A stretch of 49,648 nt of DNA, filler included, from Sphacelaria rigidula (taxonomy: Eukaryota): assembly GCA_964200075.2 (NCBI GenBank). It is 3 parts of 3 records of this genome, joined end to end, with 100 filler letters (N's around TTAATTAATTAA, not from the genome) between each part and the next. Parts side by side here need not be neighbours in the genome. Positions count along the whole stretch, not along the records: positions 16,587 to 33,068 come from CAXNAA020001340.1; positions 33,169 to 49,648 come from CAXNAA020001341.1; 1 more part is not named here. The stretch is one strand, 5' to 3'. Made by a program: the position numbers and the translations under genes. The first letter of the stretch is position 1; each line of letters opens with the position of its first letter. The notes beneath the pieces were generated by a model. The model searched no databases. It saw only the letters and a list, made by a program, of their open reading frames with translations, and was not told the DNA's origin. Shown here piece after piece: positions 25,701-35,645 of this stretch.

Positions 25701-28700
25701 TCTTCCGAGTACGTCGGCGAAAGGTGGTGGAGGAGAACAGAACATGTCGAACCCGAAAAGACCGCCCCCTACCTGCAGGCGGAAGACCGAGCGAAGCGTG
25801 ACCTGCCGCCCTCCGTTCAGGTGATGCACGTCCGTAACCAATGACAGCGCGGACGACACCCGAGGATTATGACACAACCGCCGCGCGTTGACCTGCCCCA
25901 TGAGTGCATGCAAAGGAATCGCGCGGGTCCCGAGGCTGTCCGCGCACACCTGCAAGCATGATTCATGGCCGAACGGACCGGGGATTGGAAACGGAAACAT
26001 CCTACAAGATCACATTTCACTTGAAACAAAATCCTGGCTACAGAGGGCAAAACATGCCGACAAGTATCGTCTCCGAGTCTCGACGATATTCAGTCAAGCA
26101 AAAGGATGCCTGTTTTACCCTAGACATAGACGTGGTACAAGCAGTTTTAAAGGAATCCGGAATACTCACCATAATGACAAAATACCTTAAAACACAGCAT
26201 GGAGGGTGTTCTGAACACAGCCCATTGAGTAAAACAAGGAAGAGTTCACCGAGTCCACGATTCGAACTTGGTCCGTGGTTTTTCTCACTTACTCAACCCA
26301 TCGAGTTATGCATCGCACACTTCCAGACATCGTACCTCAGGTAACCACCGATAGCCGGACACTTGAACCGCTACCGTATGAGCACGGGCAGCCTTCGTCC
26401 CCTACCAACAAATAGCGTCACGTAGCAGCCGTGATGCAGGCGGAGGGCGTGACGGGCAAGCAACGTGAAAAAGTATGTAAATATGAAAAACGATCACTTT
26501 CGGGCAGGCTCTTTCTTGAACGAAGTAGACGATTACTTCCCCGCCGTGCCCTCCTTGTTGTCCGGATTCCTACGTGAAACGCAATCATATGCTGCAGCTA
26601 TCTCAGGCTGTTGCCCGACCACGTGCTTTCTTGGGCTATACAACGTATTGCCCCTCCCACATCGTCACGACACGGCAAGAAATTGTCACCTTAGAAGCGG
26701 CTCAGAAGAACGGTCACTCGATGGGGAAAAAGAAGTCTGGTCATTCGCTTCGACAAACGCCTTACCTTCGTAAGTTCAATGTGCGTTGGAGGTGGTTGTC
26801 CGAATTCCCGAAACTATTCTTGGGAGGTGCCCTTGCAGGAACGATATACAAGTACTGTTTGAGTGTCTCACTGTAGCGTGGAAGCGGCTCGCTCGATGCT
26901 CGGGTGCTAACGCGTCCAATCGGACGCTTTTTTTGCTCGTGGAAACAAACTACGATGAATTTACCTTGCGCCCTGCCGATTCCCTGCCGGTAGCAACCGC
27001 CGCGGGCAACCTAAGATTCCCCTTGTGTTTGGGGTCGACAGAGGATTCTGGTTGTGCGTCGAACGGTACCTCGCAGACATGTCCATTCCGTATTACGGTC
27101 ATCATTGCTGTGAATAAGAGCGCGCCTCTTTCGCCGTCCTGTTGAGGAAGGGGAATTAACACATCGAGACGATAAAGGCGGCAAAGGGTACGGAAAGCCA
27201 AGAAAGGTGAAGCGATTTGTACTTTCTTTTCGTAATCCGCAGCGACGCAAGCGGCAAAAGCGTGCAAATGACAACTTTTCTTCCATGTCTCACCCGCAGG
27301 TATCGAAGATGTCGAGTCTCGTCCCCAACCCGTGGCTGGAAATATCTCGTCCTCTGACCTGTGAGGTTGAGAATCGTGAACGAAACACGAGACTCTAGTG
27401 GTAGCGGCGCTGAAAACTGATGACAAACCGGGACGGGAGCATGAGGAGATGGAACCACGGCACCACTACCGTACCCGCGGTCGCCAACGCCGTCCGCTTC
27501 ATCCGAGTATCCTTGAGCTGTTTTCGAGTGTACCCGTTCCGCCAAGTCCACCCCGCTCGATGGCCATGTCAAGCTGCATATGTCGTAGTACTCCATGATA
27601 TCTCGGTGCCGATAGCGAGACATTTTGGTGTCCCGAGTGTTGCCGCCGATCGCTGCCCTGCTTTCTGCACCATCACCGCTGCCCGCACGGTGTATCTCCC
27701 GACTCACCAGAGCCGACGATGAGTCGCCGCCGCCGCCAGCAGCAAGCGACGGCTCTGCTTCTTTCGACGTACTACCCGGAGCGGTATGAGCTTCGCGTAT
27801 TTCTTCAACACGGCGCCGGAAGGTGTCGGCATCTATTTCCGCGTATAAGCGAGTGAGCTGCTGCTGTATATCGCTGAGAGTGTCCAGCAGCGCCGCCGTG
27901 ACGTTTAGATGGAGCGGACAGCGTGCCTTGAGGGTGAGGCCAACGCCGCGTCGACTGCAGCTTTCGGCGAGTACGTCGCATCTGCGACGCAATGTGGGAC
28001 GGCAAGAGCGTAGAAAACGGACATGGGGATGGGCCAATCCCTCGGGCACCGAAGAACTCGACAACACCACGTATGATGAGCATCCGTCTTCCAAGTCCAA
28101 TAGAAACTCCTACAACCAGCTGCACTACGTTTTTATGAAGGGATTTGTGGGGTTCGGTTACTATAGAAAGCGAGAGGTGGAGTTCTGCATTTCAGGCCGG
28201 TGAAACAAAAACGACTCTGGTGAGTCGAATGTAAACAGCAAAACCCGACTGATGTTGTGATGACAAGACGTTGTCGCCAGTTGTCCCGACATTTGCATGT
28301 GCGGCGGCAAACTGAACAACACCAACCACTGTGTTGGGCAAAACAACTCACCGCCATTTATCGACTGCTACAGTGTTCCCCAAGCTTTTGATCTACCCCG
28401 CACTGTGCCATGATTCCTCAGTCGCCGGCGTAGTCATCGACTGTACACACAACACAAACCGAGCAGCAGAAACCAATGTCTCATCCGGTACACTACAACC
28501 GTCCAATACCTGAACGGGTCAAGCAGGGCTTCCCAGCACCGCAATGTGTTGTTGAAGTAGTCCGCCCAGACACACGCCTGTACGATTACATTCATCACCG
28601 AACCCCGTGGGTCAGCAGTCTCCTCCGACCCACTGCTTGCTCTGGTCAACGAAGACCGGCGAGAGCTTCCAGCCGACCCTTTGTTGTTGTCAGAGGAACC

Positions 28701-31700
28701 GATGCGCTCCCTCGGAGACGTCACACTGCTGCTACTGCTCCTTCTTCGTCCCACCATAAACTTGACAGACTTCGACGGCGTTGCTGGCCATAAGGCCGCA
28801 ACGGGGTTTGCCGCTGCACCCCCACCTGTTGGTGTCGTTGGCCCGCCTCCTTCCCCCATCCCTCCGCCCCCGCCACCTTCTAAATCTCGGGAAGTCCGAT
28901 TCCTCACTGCCCTAAACCTGGATGACCGACGGCCGTTGCCTGGGCCTCCGATTTCCTGCTGGGGCGCCCCCCCGTGCCACGTGTGTGAAAGAGGTAAGTC
29001 GTGCCGAGATATAGGGTCGTCCGCGTTCGTGACGTTTTTATTGCTTCCGCTGGATCGGCGGCGACTGTCGGTGACTCCCGGAACGGCGGCAGATGCTTGA
29101 GCGGGCACGGGAAGCGTGACGGCGACGGTGTTGTCTGCCTTTGAAGGATTGTGGTGGTGATGGTGGATGCCACTGCCAGCCTTTGTACCCATGAGCCGAG
29201 TCTCCACCTCGATATCTTCGCTCTCGAGACGGTTTTCGATGACGCACGACGCATTGCCAAAGCAGAGCTTTACAACAGGAAGGTGCAACCCCAGCACCTG
29301 TGTCAGAAAAAATGTTGGAATGCCAATGGGAAATGCGCAGCGGGGAATTAGCAAAGCAAAAGTCGCACGCAAAACGCAGTGCTACGGGTGGCAGAGTAGT
29401 TGTAAAAGAAGCCGCGAAGAGTCACACATCTGATAAGAGAGCGATAGATATATCGCCGTGTTGCATGAAAGTGCATGAAGTCTCATTTGGCGAAAGAGCC
29501 CAGTCCTTCCTTCCCCCGTGTCGCTGATCGCAATATTTCCCGAATGCATCGTTTCACATTTTGAACCAGCAGTTTCTCGTCCACATTGACACGTGCGCGG
29601 AACACGCAGTCGATTCAATGAAGCATCCACGCAGTGCAACAGCACTATCGTAACCAACCATTTCCGCATTGACGAGAGTCTTACCCGCGAGCCCCCATCC
29701 CAGGACCATACCTGATCAACCACAAATAACCTCAATCCTGTGAGCATCACCGCCAGCGCCATGGTAAACGGCGGCGGTTCTGCCTCCTTCGCCTTCTCCC
29801 CGGCCTCACCCTCAGCTCCGTATTTTTCACGATGCGCCTCTGTAACCGAGTCAAGCCCACCCTGGCCAACACCACCTCTAGTATCTGTGAGCGGCGCGTC
29901 ACCGCTCTTGGCGTCATGCAGGCTCTCCTTCGACGTGGCAGTAACAGCATCGCCACCATCGTCACCTTCGATCCGCCCCTCGCTTGATCCCGACGAGACC
30001 GTGGGGAGTGTGCGATTGCGGCGAGTCATCACGTGACTCATTCGGCGGCGGAGAGGACCTTGTGGAGCTGCATCCGCAATATGGTGGCGCTGCTCGGCGG
30101 GTGCCATAGTCGAAAAAGCTGCTACGTCACCGCTGAACTTACGACGTCTGCCGAAAAATCTCCTCGTTCCACCCCGCTCTTCTCCGAGTCGAGGTTCACT
30201 GGAGGGATCTTCGTCCGAATCCATCGATCCATCCTGTGGGCAACAATGACGTGGTACGCAACAGAGCTGAAAGGTAGGCGCACGGCTTCTCGCCATCATG
30301 CAGGCTGGTCCGACAACTTCTTCTTTTTCACGTTTTTCGATCCCTCCCGTTCCTCTCGAGGAGTCCGTGGTCTCAAGAGATCAACCCATCTCTTCCCCGG
30401 TACACGCCTTCACATTTTGGAATCGCGGACTGGATCATGACCACCAGCACTACCGCACCGCGCCGACTGTCTTCCAACAAACTCAGGCAAACTCATCTTG
30501 CTACTCACATTTTCACGCTAACAACAACAAAAATCAGACACTTTGCAGAGGGGCAAATTAAATGCACACGGTGGGAATCGAACCCCAATCTCTCCAACCT
30601 AACGGCGTCAGTTGTTTCATCAGAACATCGGGGTGTGGCGCAAGTAGGCCCTGAAGAACGGACTCCAGCGACTGTTCGCTCGAGGTTCGACAGTCGGGAC
30701 TTGAAAATTGAGGACAGGAGTGCATCGACCGATCAGAGGTAATGTCTATAATAGCGGTATTCCCATTTTTCTTCCTTTTCGGAGGGGGAAGAATGGGGTT
30801 GGGTACATTTAAGGAAATTCCCGAAAACGAAGATTCGCGTTTACCTCCGGTTAAAAAGTGAAAACCTCAATAGACATGGACTTCGAATGATAAATGCGCT
30901 CCTCTTCTCAAACTTCCAGGTGTCAACTCTCGAATGCTAAGTGAAGAACCAAAGACATGCAGATCTGCCAAGACCTTGGAAACGCCGTGCGCTTTTGAAA
31001 TTATTTTCCCCAACATCTGTTTAGGCCATACTTCCGAACGCCGACGAGTTGCGAGCCAAAACAGGTTTCATTGTTGTTGCCTTGATGTCGCTACAAGTCC
31101 GACAATTTCAGCATAATCAGGAAGAACTCCGGGTATATTGCTCACGGTACCAAACGGGTACCGTCACCGCGCCGTAGTTGGTGACTCAGGATAGTGTACA
31201 GTGATGAAAGTCCAATCATAGCGCGCGGTGATATTTCCCACAAGGTTGTAAGGAACCTACTTGTTGTGACTGATGCCGAGATAGCCCCCCCACGAAAAGT
31301 GCAAGGTGGACCGTCCGACAAACCGGCTGCGATCCCACTATTGGGCTCATTTGCAGCAAGGCTGCCCACATGAAAGGCTTGTAGCAGTCCGAAATCAGCT
31401 ATAACACCCAAATAAGTCGCGTCGTGTCGTGGAACACGAAACCAGCTATAACGGCATTAATGATCATCGCCTCCGTGCACATTTTTGGCCGGTTTTGGGG
31501 GGGGGCTATCTCGGCAGCAGTCTTGTGCTACGTTTCGCTGCCGAGCTGCAGTTTACGAGTGAACTGCTTCCTACCGCACTTGACCTTACACAAATTGATA
31601 TTTTTCAAGGATAAAGCATGACATCGAATATAGACAACAACCATGGGCAAGATAAAACGCCTTCAACCGGCAAGCTTATCCTAAAAATATTTTTTTCCAT

Positions 31701-33014
31701 CAGGGAAGGCTATGAGGATTTCGACATCAGTTGGATAATGGCGACTCTTCACGGAATAGGCACGCACGTTGCCTCCGATTCCGAAGCCCGAAAGGAAGGG
31801 AACCTCCCCCTTTAATGCCATCGAGCGACCTCGACCACGAGTCTCCAAGCCACTCCCGCCGCTGCTGTCCATAACCTCGATGACATCGTTTGTCGTGCTG
31901 TCTATGCTGGGGAAATGCCCCGTTGAGCCACCCAGGGAAGATAGAGAAGCACCCTTCCTTAAACCGCTCGGCCCGCTCTCCCCCCGGGCATGCACGGAGG
32001 ATCGGGAACGGTTCCCCGAGGGTGTTCGATTTCCAGCCTGCGAGACCATGTTGGCACCAAAAGCGATCGCATACACGGCACGCAATCAGGCATTTTTGAA
32101 AGATGGGCTTCAAAGTGCACGGGAACTACGGCACACCCTTCCTGTGCGTCCTACACGCACGGTCTATAGAGCGGTACGTATCTCAAGAATATGGTGCGTG
32201 AGGGAAAACATTTGTTTCGATGAGCACGCACGTACAGTATTGAAACGTACTGGCTCTGCACAGCGGTTTGAGCCATCGTTGAATACACAGCCTTGACATG
32301 GCTCATACACAGGACGCACACGGCGCTTTCTTCCGAAAACTTCCATCCATGCGAGAGTGGTCTGGAGAGAGGCACAAGAGACCGTACGAAGCCTGACCCC
32401 CCATTTCTCAACCGGGGACAATCAAATTAAGTATCACCCAAAGCAAAATTTAACATCTTCTGTAGTCGGATGCAAGGTACCGGATAAAAAAGCTGGGAAT
32501 TCACTGTACCACGCACCTCTCCGAACGACTGAAACATCGAAGCTGACGACGTGCTGGCCTCAGCCGACGACCTAGGTACATCCAGACGCCTCCTGTCCCC
32601 TCCGCCAGGACTCTTCCCTCCAACTCGGAAGGCGTCGCGGCCGTCGACGCTGGGGGCCTGGCCCGAACCAACCACGTCCCCTTCTGTATTCGATCGTGCC
32701 CTGTTTCCTAACGCGACCATCGACGAATTATCTGGAAGCACGGGGACGGGAGAAACCGACCGCTCGGTCCTGTTCCCCACAAAGCCCCCGAGATCGCCTT
32801 GGGCCTCAACGCCAGTCCCCGGTGATAGAGGAGGAACGGGCGGGGGCGATGCGGGCAAGGGAGGTGGCTGTGGGCCAAGAAAAACCATGACCGAGGCGGC
32901 GGCAAATATAAGATCTTCGAAGGAGGCAACAACATCGCCAGCGCGCGGTCCGAGGTCCATGGTTGGCCGCTCTCGCGCCGGGACTGCCCGCGGATGCGGC
33001 AAGTGAAGACGAAG
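16755..33014 (-). CDS. VPS13: VPS13-family lipid-transfer protein, central region including VAB/SHR-BD-like repeats; partial at both ends
   Basis: Phase-consistent exons 33014-32517, 32037-31804, 30233-29712, 29297-28510, 27981-27294, 27138-26965, 26401-26336, 25949-25773, 25474-25103, 24709-24586, 24311-24202, 23695-23627, 22838-22681, 20241-19977, 19488-19379, 18301-18113, possibly a small one near 17790-17825, and 16961-16755. Motifs: LRLFVVDQ|VLGLHLP, WADYFNNTLRCWEALLDPF, FTILNLTG, VTLRSVFRLQ|NCT, MRLHAPLVVENLLP, VTVYCPVWMVNTS. Confidence 0.88.
23191..23555 (+). mobile_element. tRNA-derived SINE, copy 3, in a VPS13 intron
   Basis: Diverged copy: ccggtggcttagctggtgacc...cagtggagcgcaactgtgcagtgggcacacaaaattctac...ctcctgtgtgaccccggctgatgc. 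Confidence 0.72.
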
Positions 33015-33068
33015 CTGCAGAATCGGGGGGGAAGGGGGGGGGCGAACGGGGGGGGAAATTTTGCATTC

Positions 33069-33168
33069 NNNNNNNNNNNNNNNNNNNNNNNNNNNNNNNN
33101 NNNNNNNNNNNNTTAATTAATTAANNNNNNNNNNNNNNNNNNNNNNNNNNNNNNNNNNNNNNNNNNNN
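33069..33168. other. Artificial scaffold linker (N44-TTAATTAATTAA-N44)
   Basis: Identical to the linker at 16487-16586. Confidence 0.97.
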
Positions 33169-33289
33169 GGAAGGGGCCCCCGCCCAAAAAGGATGGGGGG
33201 GCCAAGGGCACAACCCCCACGAAAACAAAAAAAGGAGTACCCCCCCCCCCCCCCCCCCCCTCCCTTATTTTTTTCACGATTGGGTATGT

Positions 33290-33550
33290 GTGTTGGTGCT
33301 TTTGCGCAAGACCTTTACCCACCGAAGGCTGAGGTGCAGAAGCCGGCCAAATCTGTTTTTTTTTTTGCGTTTGTGTTTTGTTCTTTTTTCCCCCTCTTGG
33401 TCTAACTATGTACGTTCTGCTTTTGTTATTTTGTTCTTCACTTTTTTCCAGCGAGTGTTCCCGTTTTATTTCATCTCGGGTATGTCTATCATGTGACCAC
33501 GGCTGGATCATGACTCCTAAGGGATCAGGTACATTTGCGACAATCAATAA
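33290..33550 (+). mobile_element. (TCAA)n-tailed retroposon 3' end
   Basis: T-rich body then tctatcatgtgaccacggctggatcatgactcctaagggatcag...acaatcaata. Confidence 0.6.
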
Positions 33551-33567
33551 ACTCTCTCCTCCGTGAA

Positions 33568-33822
33568 TAGGCAGTGTATAAGTCGTGGCTGTCTCAGGAA
33601 GTGGCGATACCAAAAAATAAAGCAAAAATATTGTAGGGTGCCATCCAAATGCAAGATGATCAGTAGGCGTCGGGCCGAACAATCTTTTGGCAGGATGCAG
33701 CTCACCCTTCATGCGACTCGCCGAACACAGCTTCGCGCTTGGTGATTGAGTGCGAGCCTGGTCCGGCGAAAACCCGGCGTGCTCAGTCAGTCCCGGCTTT
33801 GTAGGGATCCGAGGTCAATATC
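33568..33822 (+). repeat. Dispersed ~300-bp repeat family, unclassified
   Basis: ggaagtggcgatac...ccaaatgcaagat...ggatgcagctcacccttcatgcgactc...cctggtccggcgaaaacccggcgtgctc...cccggctttgtagggat. Also at 16311-16403, 35000-35295, 49199-49245 and 49453-49648. Confidence 0.8.
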
Positions 33823-34081
33823 GTATTATGAGTTCCGTCTTGGAACCGAGGGCGAGCAGCATGCTTCCAAGAAGAAGCAATGGCGGTAGCGAGTTGCACA
33901 CATCCTTCTACCTTGATGGTCCAATCAGCGGCTTTCGATGGACGTCGCAAAACTCCTCAGTACGCAACATCACCCTACGCGACGTCCCCACTCTGTACCG
34001 GCAAGGCTGCCACTGTTTAAAAGTCCGTTATATGCGCTCCTGCGTTTTGCCATGTTTGTGTGAGCACATTCCTCATTCCTC

Positions 34082-34844
34082 TTGCGGTGTCATGATATAG
34101 ACGGCAGCGATAAAGGTAGTGAGGACGGCGATACTGATAAGGATGGGAATGACGACGACAGCAACAGCAACAGCGACAGCGACAGCGACGGCGACAGCGA
34201 CAGCGACAGCGACGACGATGACGGCGGGGATGACGATGACGATGAGGATGGCGTTGCCGATGGGAATAATGAAGCAAACGGGGAACGAAGCTCAAGCGGG
34301 AGCTCTGATAGCTCGAGTGATGAGGTAGACTATACATATGTAAGGTGGGGCCTATGGCAAGGTATGCGGTTTGTTCTGAACCCAGACGCCGAGCGGCGGA
34401 GCAGGACCGGATACCGCGTAGTAGAGGAGTGCGAGTACATGCAAGTGCTTCGCATTGTCGACCAGCACAGTGTGTCAAGGCCGGCGTAGTGCTCTTGCGA
34501 CATCTTCACGACCCCCTCAACATCCACGGATGATGGAGTATAAAGCGGCGCTCGTCCGCGAGATGATCAGCTGGAACCTCTGTAAACTAAAGCTGGAACG
34601 TAGGAACTACGTAAAAAAGGATGCGGCTGTTGGTGAATTTCCGCTGTGCAGGCTTCGCATACCGCTTAAAATACTTGCTGATACGTTCAGTATGGATGCT
34701 TTGCGATTTCGACTCTTTCAACGTAGGGGGGTGCCGAAGACGGAGCGCCAAAGGTTAAGAAAGGTATTCTTGGACTGGGTGATCGACTCGCGGCAAAAGC
34801 GGCAGCTATTACAAAGGCGGCCAACGAGGCTCTGGACGCGGTGA
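34082..34844 (+). pseudogene. Intronless, frameshifted coding-like remnant with an Asp/Ser-rich N-terminal tract; family unknown
   Basis: ORF 34082..34489 ((GACAGC)n/(GAC)n acidic tract, then YTYVRWGLWQGMRFVL) overlaps ORF 34455..34844 (MMEYKAALVREMISWNL...VFLDWVIDSR) in a shifted frame. Confidence 0.35.
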
Positions 34845-34999
34845 GAGAAGTTTCGCCCCATTCCACCGATGTTCGCGTCACAATATATGAGGAGTGACAT
34901 ACATTCATATGAAATGAAGTGTAATCTCTAGTTCATTCGGTTCAACAAAAGTTCTTCAAAACTCAGCGCCTCCTTGCCCCTCGTCCACACCCCATGGTG

Positions 35000-35295
35000 T
35001 AGTGAGACAAGCATGAGGCAATGTGGAACCCGTCGCTGCCTCTGGAAGTGGCGATACATGAAGTAACTCATTGTAGGCTGCCGTTCAAATGCAAGCTAAT
35101 CAGTACGCTTCAGGCCAGGCAATCTTAGTAGGACGCAGCTCATCGTTTATTCGACTCACCGAACACATCACGGCTCTTCGCGCTTTGTGACTGATCGCCA
35201 GCTGATATGGCGAAAAACCGGTGTGCTCCGTCCCGGCTTTGTAGGGATGCAAGGTCAATGGTCTTATAACTACGGCATGCAATACCATGATTACA
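35000..35295 (+). repeat. Dispersed ~300-bp repeat family, second long copy
   Basis: Co-linear diverged match to 33568-33822 and 49453-49648. Confidence 0.8.
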
Positions 35296-35645
35296 TCCGC
35301 ACAATGGCTTCCTCCAGCCAACCCCCCATCGGGTCCCTGTACAGTTTAACACCTCCACAAACCTTCACGGTCTGGTGCCCCCTTGCCGCCGAGTCGACCA
35401 CTGGGTCCCTGTCGACCTCGGCACCCCCTAGAGCTTGTACATCTGATTTTGGAGCAAACATTATTGCCGCGTTCGTTACTGATTCACAACTTGACACGGC
35501 GACTCTACACACCCCAACCGGAGTCTACAAACCATCAGCGATGCCATCAACACACCCGGCATTTGTTAAGTCTGCGCATGCTCTAGAGACCCTCAATCGG
35601 ATTTCAAGTATCAGCAGTTCCGGGCGAAACTTCATCCACTCCAAA

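Noticed and set aside
28476..33006. Plus-strand ORFs of 100-175 aa over VPS13 exons
   Set aside because: Antisense shadows of GC-rich coding exons.
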